From assembly GCA_023250155.1 (NCBI GenBank), contig JAHFBG010000010.1, positions 17,832 to 81,831 of the forward strand: 64,000 nt of DNA, written 5' to 3'. The notes under the pieces are model-generated. The model ran no database searches and was not told the DNA's origin. It worked only from the letters and a program-made list of their open reading frames with translations. Origin of the DNA: Candidatus Melainabacteria bacterium (GTDB taxonomy: Bacteria; Cyanobacteriota; Vampirovibrionia; 2-02-FULL-35-15). The position numbers and the translations under genes are program-made. The first letter of the stretch is position 1. Every line of letters begins with the position of its first letter. Positions 29,006 through 39,172 of this stretch are shown one piece after another.

Positions 29006-31045
29006 CTACAAAACAGCCTTAGCAAGAATTTCACTTATATCCTGAATGACTGGTGCTTCTCCAGTGGTATCAAGTGTTCTTGCTGTTTCTAACATAACAG
29101 TACAGAAAGGACATGCACTAGCAGCAGTTTTTGCGCCAGATTCTTTTATCTCATTTAAACGCATTACGTTTATTTGTTTACCAGGAGCTTCATACCATAG
29201 TTGTGCACCACCACCACCACAGCATGTCCCACGCTCTTTTGAGTTTTTCATTTCAGTGTATTCTAATCCAGGGATATTGTCTAAAATGTTTCTTGGTGCA
29301 TCATACTGACCATTGTGGCGACCTAGATAGCAGGAATCATGATAAGTGATTTGTTCGCTTACATCTTTTGTCATGGTGAGCTTGCCTTGTGTAATTAAAT
29401 CCCAAAGCACTTCTGTATGATGAAATACCTCAACATCTTTTAAGCCAAACTCTGGATATTCATTCTTGAAAGTATTAAAACAATGTGGGCAATGAGTGAT
29501 TATTTTTTTTACATTTTTACTGTTAAATGTTTCAATATTTTCAATTGCCAGTTCTTGGAAAAGCCCTTCATCACCAGCACGACGAGCTGTATCACCAGTA
29601 CACTTTTCTTTCTTTCCTAAAATAGCAAACTTAACTTCTGCTTTTTGAAGCAGCTTAACCATGGTCTTTGCTACATTTTGATTTCTACTGTCATATGCCC
29701 CAGCGCATCCAACCCAGTATAAATACTCAAACTCAGGAGTGTTATCGATTTTTGGAACATCTAATCCTTCTGTCCACTTTTCTCTGTCTTCAGGTGGCTG
29801 TCCCCATGGATTACTGCGAGAGCGAATATTTTTTAAAGTGTTTAAAAGATTGCTTGGGGCTTTATTGTCAGATATTAGTGTACGCCTAAGCTCAACTATT
29901 TTTGTTAGTTGATCGATCCCTACTGGACACACTTCAACACAAGCTCTGCATGTAGTACATGACCACAAGGTTTCTTGACTTATAAAACTAGTCAAAGGCA
30001 TATCCAAATCCTGCCTCTTGCCTCCTGCCTCTTGCTTCTGTCCTTTAAATCCATGTGGGAATAACGATTTCCCATTCATCACTTGTTTTAAATCTAGAAT
30101 TAGCCACTTAGGTGATAGTGGTTTTTCTGAATTTGTAGCAGGACATAACTCTTGGCATTTGCCACAAGCTGTACAAGTATCTAAATCCATTAAATCTTTC
30201 CAGCTAAAATCATTTATCTTTGTAATACTTTGTGCAAAATCATCGGGTGGATTTTCCATGGCTAAAATATCGATCAGGTTAAATGGTGTAGTTAATGCAC
30301 CTTTTGGTTTTGAATCATAAAAAAATAAATTTACTGGGGCTAAAAACATATGACTAAATTTTGTAAATGGAATTAATGCAATAAAAGAAAACGTTTGAAA
30401 TGAATGTAACCACCACAAAAACAAATGAAGAGATTTCTGCAAACTATAAGGTAGCCAACGAAAACAATGTGCAAAATATGCTCCAACAGGTGCATATGGT
30501 TCAATCTGGCTTGTAGCAGATTGCCTAAGTCCTTCAATTAAAAATCCAACTATTACAAAAAGCTCTAGATAAATCAGTTGTAGCCAGTCGTTTTGAAAAT
30601 TGTCTAAACGAGCAGGCTTCTTAACAAATCTAATATATCCAAACATCATAAGGCCTATTAACATAAGTAATCCAGACAAATCCATAAAAAGTGAGTAAGC
30701 CTTATAGAAAGGACCTTGAAAAAAATAAATAGGGAGACGATCTTGAACAGTTAAAATATCAGTGCCAATCCACAGTATAAAAAAACCATAAAACACCCAT
30801 ATATGAGCGATCATGACGATTTTATTATGCTGCCAGCCTTTATGTAAAAAGCTTTTCTCAAACATATATTTAATACGTTTTGGTATGTCGTTAAAATTAT
30901 TTTTTGGTTTGCCTTGTGACCAGGTTTTAATCTTTAAATAAAATCCATAAATAAAAATTGCAAATGAAATATAAAACAAACTATAAAAAATTGATTTGTA
31001 GTGTGGAAAATCATGAATATTCCACCATAGTCCACGTGTTTCCAT
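29006..31045 (-). CDS. Membrane-anchored Fe-S oxidoreductase: NarI-like N-terminal domain fused to a 2x[4Fe-4S] ferredoxin and two CCG domains (HdrD/GlpC/DsrK-like)
   Basis: CTACGKCQELCP and CTTCRACVEVCP cluster motifs. C-terminal CPHCFN...CCGGGG CCG-domain cysteines. Hydrophobic N-terminal ~250 aa. Confidence 0.7.
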   Translation of the reverse strand: METRGLWWNIHDFPHYKSIFYSLFYISFAIFIYGFYLKIKTWSQGKPKNNFNDIPKRIKYMFEKSFLHKGWQHNKIVMIAHIWVFYGFFILWIGTDILTVQDRLPIYFFQGPFYKAYSLFMDLSGLLMLIGLMMFGYIRFVKKPARLDNFQNDWLQLIYLELFVIVGFLIEGLRQSATSQIEPYAPVGAYFAHCFRWLPYSLQKSLHLFLWWLHSFQTFSFIALIPFTKFSHMFLAPVNLFFYDSKPKGALTTPFNLIDILAMENPPDDFAQSITKINDFSWKDLMDLDTCTACGKCQELCPATNSEKPLSPKWLILDLKQVMNGKSLFPHGFKGQKQEAGGKRQDLDMPLTSFISQETLWSCTTCRACVEVCPVGIDQLTKIVELRRTLISDNKAPSNLLNTLKNIRSRSNPWGQPPEDREKWTEGLDVPKIDNTPEFEYLYWVGCAGAYDSRNQNVAKTMVKLLQKAEVKFAILGKKEKCTGDTARRAGDEGLFQELAIENIETFNSKNVKKIITHCPHCFNTFKNEYPEFGLKDVEVFHHTEVLWDLITQGKLTMTKDVSEQITYHDSCYLGRHNGQYDAPRNILDNIPGLEYTEMKNSKERGTCCGGGGAQLWYEAPGKQINVMRLNEIKESGAKTAASACPFCTVMLETARTLDTTGEAPVIQDISEILAKAVL

Positions 31046-31104
31046 AACTAAGATATTTTAACGTGCTTGGAGTTTAATTATAAAAAAGCTTATAGAATTG
31101 ACAC

Positions 31105-31677
31105 TCAAAATAAAGGATTTTTAAGATTAGCAAGATATTCATCATATTTTTTCTTAATCTCTGGGGGCAATTCATCAGGTTCATATTGTGTTGTTTGAGT
31201 CCATGGTAGTGAGCTTCTAATTTTAAGACTATCTGGATCATATTCTTGTTCTATGCCTTTACCTGAAGCAAACAAATTCACTAATCTGACAATTTCAGCA
31301 CTATTAGGATCAGGATTATTTTGTACTAACTCTCTGACTTGCTCTATATCAGAACCACTCAATCCATAATTGTTACTTAAATCTTTTAGCCAGTATTCTG
31401 ACCAATCTTTAAGATTGTCACCTTGTGGGAGACCATTAGAAATGATTGCAAGCATTGCTAATGCTTTTGGAGCACTGCTAAGTCCGATAGAATTTATTGC
31501 AGCTACTCTATAATTAAACTTTTCTGTGCTGTCTGTTGCTACTTCAAGCGGTCTTCTTACACCACCAACTGGTCCTGTTGTATTAATTACTTTTGCCATT
31601 AACCCCTCCTGGACTGATAAGTCATCCTGTAAGCTGATTATAAACAAGATGTTTTGTAAAAAGCAAGATAAAAGCAC
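31105..31677 (-). CDS. Hypothetical protein
   Basis: 190-aa ORF. Confidence 0.45.
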   Translation of the reverse strand: MLLSCFLQNILFIISLQDDLSVQEGLMAKVINTTGPVGGVRRPLEVATDSTEKFNYRVAAINSIGLSSAPKALAMLAIISNGLPQGDNLKDWSEYWLKDLSNNYGLSGSDIEQVRELVQNNPDPNSAEIVRLVNLFASGKGIEQEYDPDSLKIRSSLPWTQTTQYEPDELPPEIKKKYDEYLANLKNPLF

Positions 31678-31697
31678 TGATAAATATTAAATATTTC

Positions 31698-32615
31698 TTA
31701 AGCCTGTCCTTGTGGTTTTTGCTTTAATGCACGGAGTTTAGTTGCTCTTTCTAAAAAGGCTTTTGCTTTTTCTTCATCCCCAGTTTTCTTATAAACCTCA
31801 GCAATATTGTCTAATACTACTGCAATATCTGGATGCTCTTTTCCTAGTGTTTTCTCTAGTATGGAAAGTGTATTGGTAAAAAGTGGTTCAGCCTCTTTAT
31901 ATTTTCCTTCTAAGAAATATATAGCCGCAAGATCATTTAAAGACTTTGCATAAATAGGATTTGCTTTTCCTTTTGATTTTTCACGAAGTACTAATAGTTT
32001 CTTAAAAATACCTTCTGCCTCAGCATATTTAGATTGTGCTTTGTAAAGCTCACCTAAGTTACTAAGTGCTGCATCTAAATTTCCCGCTATATTTGGAGTA
32101 TCTTTTTGTGGCTGACTTTCATAAATAGTTAAGGCTTGTGCATACAATGGCTCAGCTTCAGAAAATCTTTTTTCCAGGAAATAAAGTGTAGCAAGATTGT
32201 TTAGTGATAAAGCATAATCAGGATGTGTTTTTCCTAATGCTTTTTCACGGATAGCAAGTGCTTCTTTATAAGGTTTTTCTGATTCATAAAATCTGCTTTG
32301 TATTCTATAGAGTTCAGCTAAATTGTTTAGAGAGGTAGCAACATAAGGGTGTTCTTTTCCAAAAGTTTTTTTTGCAAACTTTAATGACTCTTTAGCAAGG
32401 CTTACTGCTTCTTTTGGGTTTCCTTGTTGGTAGTATTGAATTACTCTTCTATTAAGAAGTTTCCAGGCTTCTATTGAATTTTCTCCTGGCTGACCAGGTG
32501 TTCCATTTTGTCCACATGAAGCACATTTAACACATGCTGGCTTCATAGCACAACCAGAAAACAGTAACGGTAACGACAAACAAACCATTAAACAAATTAC
32601 AAATCTTTTTAACAT
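31698..32615 (-). CDS. Tetratricopeptide-repeat lipoprotein (TPR_10/12-type repeats)
   Basis: Lipobox LLFSGCAM. Repeated LNNLAxLYxxQxxYxEAEPLYxxAL units. Confidence 0.8.
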   Translation of the reverse strand: MLKRFVICLMVCLSLPLLFSGCAMKPACVKCASCGQNGTPGQPGENSIEAWKLLNRRVIQYYQQGNPKEAVSLAKESLKFAKKTFGKEHPYVATSLNNLAELYRIQSRFYESEKPYKEALAIREKALGKTHPDYALSLNNLATLYFLEKRFSEAEPLYAQALTIYESQPQKDTPNIAGNLDAALSNLGELYKAQSKYAEAEGIFKKLLVLREKSKGKANPIYAKSLNDLAAIYFLEGKYKEAEPLFTNTLSILEKTLGKEHPDIAVVLDNIAEVYKKTGDEEKAKAFLERATKLRALKQKPQGQA

Positions 32616-32672
32616 ACTAGTTATTAACTCCTTATTGTTACTATCTAATTGTTATTTATTAATTACTAAATG

Positions 32673-32900
32673 TCAAGGATGGGATTGAAGAAACACGTCA
32701 CACAGAGCAATTGCTCTATCCTTTCCAAAAACCACATCTGGTCTAAGATTGAACTTACATCTAATACCTGGTCTATAAGGTCTTTGTGGTGAAAAGTACT
32801 GACATGTACTGCACAGGTCATAACGAGCTGTTGTTGTGGCCATTCTACGCCAAGGATCATTTGTAATTTCACTATCTATTTCTTCATTTAGCTCTGTCAT
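32673..32900 (-). CDS. Hypothetical small Cys-containing protein
   Basis: 75-aa ORF. Confidence 0.3.
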   Translation of the reverse strand: MTELNEEIDSEITNDPWRRMATTTARYDLCSTCQYFSPQRPYRPGIRCKFNLRPDVVFGKDRAIALCDVFLQSHP

Positions 32901-32958
32901 AGTACTCTTAAAAATATTTATTTGATTGTTAATCGGGCAGAATAAATTCTGCCTCTAT

Positions 32959-33426
32959 TTATTTAAGCGTTTTAGTCAATGCCATTAAACCAAGCAAATA
33001 GCTGTCTTTTCCAAATCCAGTTATTTGTCCTATTGCTACAGGTGCAATTAAAGACTTATGTCTAAACTCTTCCCTCTTATAAATATTTGACAAATGTACT
33101 TCTACCGTAGGTAGTTTAACTGCTAATAATGCATCTCTAATTGCTACACTTGTATGAGTATAAGCAGCAGGATTTATAAGAATACCACAAGTACCATTTC
33201 TAGAGGCTTCTTGAATAAAATTTACAAGTTCTCCTTCTATATTTGATTGATAAATACAAAGCTCTATATTTAATTCTTTAGCAAGTTTTTTAAGATCATT
33301 ATTTATAACTTCTAAACTTATTTTTCCATAGATATTTTTTTCCCTTTTACCAAGCATGTTTAGATTAGGGCCATGCAGAACTAAGATTTGTTTATGTTTA
33401 GCTTTAGATTTTCTTTTCTTTGGCAT
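32959..33426 (-). CDS. aroQ: Type II 3-dehydroquinate dehydratase
   Basis: [26 protein letters not shown] and [18 protein letters not shown] motifs of AroQ. Short basic N-terminal extension. Confidence 0.9.
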   Translation of the reverse strand: MPKKRKSKAKHKQILVLHGPNLNMLGKREKNIYGKISLEVINNDLKKLAKELNIELCIYQSNIEGELVNFIQEASRNGTCGILINPAAYTHTSVAIRDALLAVKLPTVEVHLSNIYKREEFRHKSLIAPVAIGQITGFGKDSYLLGLMALTKTLK

Positions 33427-33482
33427 AATGATTATTATAGCGTTATGTTTTATGTTATCTTATTCAAAAGGAGGATAAATCA

Positions 33483-33696
33483 TATGTCATCAATACTAAA
33501 AAATGTTTCTAATGAAGAAAAATTAAAAGCAACAAAAGATATTGTTGTAGCTTATATAACTAGTTCTGTTAAGAAAAAAGGGGAAGATTCTGAACCCACT
33601 ATGAAACCAGAACAAGTATGTGAGCTCTTAAAAAAAGTATTTAATACCTTGGAAGAAATATTGCCTACGATAGAATCTAAAGTAGGATTACACTAA
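33483..33696 (+). CDS. Hypothetical small protein (ATG-start version of ORF 33388..33696)
   Basis: MSSILKNVSNEEK... 71 aa. Confidence 0.35.
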
Positions 33697-33706
33697 TAGC
33701 TTAAAT

Positions 33707-35014
33707 TTATAGCACAGTAGAGTTTGGTTTGTTTTTAAGCTTTGTACCTGGCTTGAATAAAACAGTTGAACCAGGACTGTTTTTTATGTAAGAAAAACTA
33801 CTATTATGAATTGTGGTTTCAGGACTGTTTTTTACAGTAATGTCTTTTCTAAGATTTCCCCATATTTGCCAATGAATTATTTTATCAAAAGCAAAATTTA
33901 TAGAACCTACGCAAGCATCAATGATTTCTGAAAATAAATTTGGGTTGTAATTCTCTCTCATATTATTTTCAATTTTTGTTTTTGGACTATCTTCTATTAG
34001 TGTTCCTCTCATATATTTGTTTGTATCACTCACTTCTGTGTTTTTACTTCTTATGACAGATACCATAGTACTGTTTGACAATTTGCTATTTGGGCTTTGA
34101 TACATAGCAATATTTTCACAGTTTTTGATTTGTGAGCATTCGTTCTCTCTAACTAGCATATATGGACTACCACTGGCATGAAGCTCTGGGCTTTTTTCTA
34201 TGTAGGAGGAATCACAGTTATTGAGTGATGCTCTTGGACTATCTACTATGCTTGTATGTGCAAAATAAATATAAAGCAAAGGAATAAAGTGTGGTAGATT
34301 TTGTGTCCGTGAAATATGTGCACCTGGACTTCTTGTGATACGAGAAAATCTGCTTGCCGATAAGCTTGCAGATAGACTATCAACAATTTCTGAAAAAGAA
34401 CTATCTTTCATATAAGCTTTTGTACTACTGCAGGCTCCTACAAACCAACTGTTATATATATTTGTATATGGGCTATCTATAAGTCCAAAAGATAAACTGT
34501 CATAAACTTTCGAATCCTCACTATCCAAAACATTTCCACGCTTACTATTGTCAACTATAGTACCAGGACTATCTTCTATATTTATCTTTTTTGAATCTTG
34601 AACAATTGTTCTATCACTATCTATTATATTAATTTTTGAGCTATCTTGAACAAAACAAGAATTACTTTCTAGCCATATACAAGAACTATTGTCTACAAGG
34701 TTGCCTTCTGAATCAGGTGCAAATATATTTTCTCCAAGCTTTTCAAGCTGGCGTACGAGTTTTTTTGACATTATGTTTCTTTGTTCATCTGTCAAAATCA
34801 ATTTGTTTTTTAAATAGTCAACTACTATTTCTTGTATATTTCCTATGTCATCCCATACATCTGTAATTAAAGTATTTAGTCTTATGTCTTCAGGCAATGC
34901 AATACCTTCACCAGAAACAGCTTTATATTTTTGACCAGTTTTCATCTGTTCTGAAAAAAGATCAATATAAGGCTTTGGATTAGGGCATAGCCTAGATGAT
35001 ATTTTGGTTAGCAT
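33707..35014 (-). CDS. Hypothetical protein with degenerate short D/S-x-x repeats
   Basis: 435-aa ORF with recurring xDSxxTxIxNS-like segments. Confidence 0.5.
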   Translation of the reverse strand: MLTKISSRLCPNPKPYIDLFSEQMKTGQKYKAVSGEGIALPEDIRLNTLITDVWDDIGNIQEIVVDYLKNKLILTDEQRNIMSKKLVRQLEKLGENIFAPDSEGNLVDNSSCIWLESNSCFVQDSSKINIIDSDRTIVQDSKKINIEDSPGTIVDNSKRGNVLDSEDSKVYDSLSFGLIDSPYTNIYNSWFVGACSSTKAYMKDSSFSEIVDSLSASLSASRFSRITRSPGAHISRTQNLPHFIPLLYIYFAHTSIVDSPRASLNNCDSSYIEKSPELHASGSPYMLVRENECSQIKNCENIAMYQSPNSKLSNSTMVSVIRSKNTEVSDTNKYMRGTLIEDSPKTKIENNMRENYNPNLFSEIIDACVGSINFAFDKIIHWQIWGNLRKDITVKNSPETTIHNSSFSYIKNSPGSTVLFKPGTKLKNKPNSTVL

Positions 35015-35229
35015 TTAAGAGTGAACTAATTATAGTTAGTTCTTATCTTATAGTCAATAACAATGGTCAGAATATTCTCTTTTATCAGTTAAGATATTCC
35101 GTCCTGTATCAATTAAAGTCCCACCTAAAACAAATAGCGTAAAGCTTTGACTATCATATTAGTATCAAATTTGTAACAACCACAAAGAACAAATTGTTAT
35201 AATATTTCTGTATTGAAAATAAGAAAACT

Positions 35230-36111
35230 ATGCCACCATTTAAAACATCATGGATTCAAGGAACATCACAAAAAGATTTTAATAAAAATCTAAAGTACTA
35301 CTCAGAGAAAATACAGTCTGCCGCAGAACATGAAGCCAAATTAATTGTGCTTCCTGAGCTTTTTTTATGGGATTATTTCCCGATTTCAGAAGATACAAAA
35401 CATTTTGACTCTGCTATTAGTATTAGTTCAGATGCTATAAAACACTTTCAACTGCTTGCAAAAGATTTAAAAATAGTTTTGACACTGCCTATTTTCGAAA
35501 AAAGAGGAGAAGGCGTTTATCACAATAGTTGTTTGATAATAGAGAACAATGGTGAGATAGTAGGACACTATAGAAAAATGCATATTCCAGATGATCCTGG
35601 ATTCTATGAGAAATACTATTTTACACCAGGTGATTTAGGATTTACTGTTACTAAAACATCTCTTGGAAATATCGGGGTATTGATTTGTTGGGATCAGTGG
35701 TTTCCAGAAGCAGCAAGAATAATGGCTTTAAAGGGTGCTGATATTTTGATTTATCCTACAGCAATAGGATGGGATGACAATGAATCTTGTGAAAATAAAT
35801 CTCGTCAAGCTTTAAATACAGAACAAGTAGAAGCCTGGACTACTATTATGCGTGGCCATGCCATTGCAAATGGTATTCATGTAATGGCTGTAAATAGAGT
35901 AGGGAAAGAAGGACATTTAAACTTTTGGGGACATTCATTTGTAGCTGATCCGTATGGATCTATTATTCATCAAGATAAAACAGATGAGTCTGTTACACAG
36001 GTAGAAATAGATTTTTCTAAAACAAAGGAATGTCGCAGAACCTGGCCATTTTTTAGAGACAGAAGAATAGATAACTACCAAACTCTTTTAAAATCATGGG
36101 ATGGGGAATGA
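35230..36111 (+). CDS. aguB: N-carbamoylputrescine amidohydrolase (carbon-nitrogen hydrolase family)
   Basis: LPELF, ICWDQWFPE (catalytic Cys) and ADILIYPTAIGW motifs. Adjacent to an agmatine deiminase gene. Confidence 0.8.
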   Translation: MPPFKTSWIQGTSQKDFNKNLKYYSEKIQSAAEHEAKLIVLPELFLWDYFPISEDTKHFDSAISISSDAIKHFQLLAKDLKIVLTLPIFEKRGEGVYHNSCLIIENNGEIVGHYRKMHIPDDPGFYEKYYFTPGDLGFTVTKTSLGNIGVLICWDQWFPEAARIMALKGADILIYPTAIGWDDNESCENKSRQALNTEQVEAWTTIMRGHAIANGIHVMAVNRVGKEGHLNFWGHSFVADPYGSIIHQDKTDESVTQVEIDFSKTKECRRTWPFFRDRRIDNYQTLLKSWDGE

Positions 36112-37136
36112 TGGAACGTCATTATCCTCCCGAATGGGGAAAGCAATCCTGTACATGGCTTTCATATCCTCATAATGAAAAAGAATGGGGAAAGAAACGA
36201 TTGCCAAGAATTAGAAAGTTTTATAAAGAATTGATTTCACTTATATTAAATTTTCAGGATGTGAATTTGATTTTGCCGAGTGAGGGTTTTCTCGCAGAGA
36301 CATGCCATGGCATGTCTCAACAAAGGTACAAACTGAAAGAAATAGTAATCCCAAACAATGATATTTGGATAAGAGATTACGGTCCATTTTTTCTTGAGAA
36401 GAAAGTTCGGGGTAAAATAAAACCATTGATTCTTGATTTTGGATTTAATGCTTGGGGAGGAAAATTTTCGCCATGGGATCTTGATGATAACGTGCCTAGA
36501 GAAATTGCTCTATACAAAGGGTGTGAAATAGAATCCTATCCCATGATACTGGAAGGTGGTTCACTTGAGTTCTCAGGCTCTGGTCTTATTCTAACCACAG
36601 AACAATGCTTATTAAACAAAAATCGAAATCCAAAACTAAACAAAAAAGACATTGAGTCATATTTAAAAACGACATTTAATATTAGTGAGATTCTATGGCT
36701 AAAGTGTGGACTAGAAGGAGATCATACAGATGGACATATTGATGATGTAGCACGTTTTATAGATCCAAAAACAATAGTCATTTGTAAAGCAAGTGATAAA
36801 AAAGATAAGAACTATGAACACTTAAATAACAGTATTGAATATTTAAAAAAATGGAAGCATCCAAAAGAAGGATATAAACTAAAGATTATAGAACTACCAT
36901 TGCCACAAAAAATGAAATTAAAAAGTGAAAGATTGCCCAACTCTTATAGCAATTTTATTTTTGTAAACAATGGATTAATAGTTCCAATGTTCAATTGTGC
37001 CACTGACAAAAAAGTACTTAGTATATTTAAAAAGTTATTTCCAAAAAGAAAAGTAGTAGGAATAGATTGTTCACTACTTATAGAAGAAGGTGGCGGGTTG
37101 CACTGTATGACTAAGCAAGAGTCACTTATTACTTAA
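36096..37136 (+). CDS. aguA: Agmatine deiminase (porphyromonas-type peptidylarginine deiminase family)
   Basis: YPPEWGKQSCTWLSYPHN N-terminus and C-terminal GGGLHCMTKQ catalytic Cys. Likely true start at ATG 36108, giving an ATGA overlap with aguB. Confidence 0.85.
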   Translation: MGWGMMERHYPPEWGKQSCTWLSYPHNEKEWGKKRLPRIRKFYKELISLILNFQDVNLILPSEGFLAETCHGMSQQRYKLKEIVIPNNDIWIRDYGPFFLEKKVRGKIKPLILDFGFNAWGGKFSPWDLDDNVPREIALYKGCEIESYPMILEGGSLEFSGSGLILTTEQCLLNKNRNPKLNKKDIESYLKTTFNISEILWLKCGLEGDHTDGHIDDVARFIDPKTIVICKASDKKDKNYEHLNNSIEYLKKWKHPKEGYKLKIIELPLPQKMKLKSERLPNSYSNFIFVNNGLIVPMFNCATDKKVLSIFKKLFPKRKVVGIDCSLLIEEGGGLHCMTKQESLIT

Positions 37137-37144
37137 AATTTTTA

Positions 37145-37474
37145 CTATTTGTCTAGTATTTTTTCTATTTGAGCTTTTAAAACCGGTAGATGTTTTGCCA
37201 GAACCATTTCTACAATACTTAGGTCAACTTTAAAGTATTCATGAACTATTACATGTCTCATACCAATAATATTCTGCCAGTTTATTTCACTATGTTGGGT
37301 TTTAAATTCTTCAGGAAGAGTTCTTGCAGCTTCTCCGATAATCTGCAAGCAGTGAACAATTCCATATACTTCAATATCATGACACTCATAAAATTTTCGT
37401 TTGTTTAGGTAGCTTTCAACATCATTAATTGTTTTTAAGATATCTTTTAATCTTTGTTGTACTATTTCATTCAT
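37145..37474 (-). CDS. HepT-like (DUF86) toxin of a HepT/MntA toxin-antitoxin pair
   Basis: GMRHVIVHEYFKVD Rx4HxY-type motif. 4-bp overlap with the upstream nucleotidyltransferase gene. Confidence 0.75.
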   Translation of the reverse strand: MNEIVQQRLKDILKTINDVESYLNKRKFYECHDIEVYGIVHCLQIIGEAARTLPEEFKTQHSEINWQNIIGMRHVIVHEYFKVDLSIVEMVLAKHLPVLKAQIEKILDK

Positions 37475-37761
37475 ATTTTAATGGCTTCATTAAGGGCATT
37501 TTCCCTAATTTTTTCTTTTAGTGTATTTGCAGTAAAAACCTCAATCTTTACTTTTAAAAGTTTGTTTAATTCTATCCATAACCCGCCTAAATCCCAGAGG
37601 CTTCTATCACCTCTTAAATCTACAAGAAAATCTATATCACTGTCTTCATTAGTTTGATTACGTGCAACAGAACCAAAAATCCTTACATTATAAGCCCCAT
37701 ATTGATCTGCAATCTTAAGTATTTCTTCTCGTTTGTGTTTTATTAATTCATATAGGCTCAT
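37471..37761 (-). CDS. MntA-like minimal nucleotidyltransferase (antitoxin)
   Basis: RIFGSVARNQTNEDSDIDFLVDL Pol-beta-type NTase motif. Confidence 0.8.
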   Translation of the reverse strand: MSLYELIKHKREEILKIADQYGAYNVRIFGSVARNQTNEDSDIDFLVDLRGDRSLWDLGGLWIELNKLLKVKIEVFTANTLKEKIRENALNEAIKI

Positions 37762-37795
37762 ATTTATTTCCTTCTATTTATTGTACACGATTTTC

Positions 37796-38974
37796 TTAAT
37801 CTAAGAAATACTTTTTTATCCCTATCTGCCAGGGGAATAATTTTACATGTTCAATTTTTTTTTGATAGGGATCATTTGAGAGGCATATGGCTTCGCACCT
37901 TCCAAAATCATTTGTAAGTTTAATAAATGAGAGTAAAGATTCTTTAGTGATTTGTTTGGAACTTTTAATCTCAATTAATAAAACTGACTTTCCAGGACGT
38001 TCTACAACCAAGTCTATCTCTGCACCATCCTTTGTCATCAAATAGCTAAACTTATACTCTGTCTTATAATATGTAGCTAATTTTATACACTCTAGTATTA
38101 TAAAGTGTTCGAATGCTTCGCCATACGCTGAAGTCCTTTCTACTAGTGGTACTGATAGTGTTCTATTTAATGCTTTTGTTATACCAGGATCAAAAAAATA
38201 AAATTTTGGTTTCGTACTTAATCTTTTTCTAAATGAGTGGTGAAAGCCTTCTAAAAAAAATCCTAATAGCGTATCTTCGAGAATTGTATAATATTTTTTT
38301 ATAGTTTTATCATCGACCCCTACGTCTCGTGAGATATTGGAAAAATTAATGACTTTAGCATTCATTTGTGCAGCAACTTCTAAAAAACGCCTAAATGGAT
38401 CTAAGTCTTGTACAAATTGCTCTGCCCATACTTCTTCTTTAAGGTAAGAATGAGCATATGCTTGTAAAAATTGAGTTTTGTATGTTTCACTCTTTAATGA
38501 ATGAATCTTAGGTAATAACCCCCATCTGAGAGCATCAGACAAGCTAAACTCTTTACCTAACTCTAATGCACTAAATGGGTGTAAATGATAAACAAAAGCT
38601 CGCCCTGCAAGCAAATTAGCAAAGCCACGCTTAAGCTTTCTGGCACTTGAACCTGTAAGAATAAACTTTTTGTCAGTAGATTCAATTAAAGAGTGAACAG
38701 GGTCCAAAAGTTTTGGAATCTTTTGAATTTCATCAATAACAACATGTTTAAATTTTTTAGGTAGAGCCTTAACGATTTCTATTAGCTCGCCTGGATTTCT
38801 TGAAAATCTATCCTCCTGTTCAGGAATCAGTAAATCTATCATAAAACTATTATTTTTAAATCTTTGAAGAATTAAGGTACTTTTTCCTGTTCCTCGTGGG
38901 CCAAATAAGAAAAAGCTATGATTAGATGGCAGACTTAAAAATCTATCTATGGATTGTTCAGATTCGGATACCAT
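37796..38974 (-). CDS. AAA-family ATPase with C-terminal DUF4143-like domain
   Basis: Walker A GPRGTGKST; Walker B VVIDEIQK. Confidence 0.8.
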   Translation of the reverse strand: MVSESEQSIDRFLSLPSNHSFFLFGPRGTGKSTLILQRFKNNSFMIDLLIPEQEDRFSRNPGELIEIVKALPKKFKHVVIDEIQKIPKLLDPVHSLIESTDKKFILTGSSARKLKRGFANLLAGRAFVYHLHPFSALELGKEFSLSDALRWGLLPKIHSLKSETYKTQFLQAYAHSYLKEEVWAEQFVQDLDPFRRFLEVAAQMNAKVINFSNISRDVGVDDKTIKKYYTILEDTLLGFFLEGFHHSFRKRLSTKPKFYFFDPGITKALNRTLSVPLVERTSAYGEAFEHFIILECIKLATYYKTEYKFSYLMTKDGAEIDLVVERPGKSVLLIEIKSSKQITKESLLSFIKLTNDFGRCEAICLSNDPYQKKIEHVKLFPWQIGIKKYFLD

Positions 38975-39172
38975 AGGATAAATTGTACGCCATTTTCGGA
39001 ATCTTGTCTACGTATGTCAAAAGGGGTATTTAAGCTGAATTTGTCTGCTGGATTGGTGAAATACTAATGCTCTGTTGAATTTGAAGTATTATTAGATTAA
39101 TTTATGAAATACTAGATACACTTTAAAGATTGAATTCTAAGTACCCATAGTGTAATTTATTTACTATATTTC

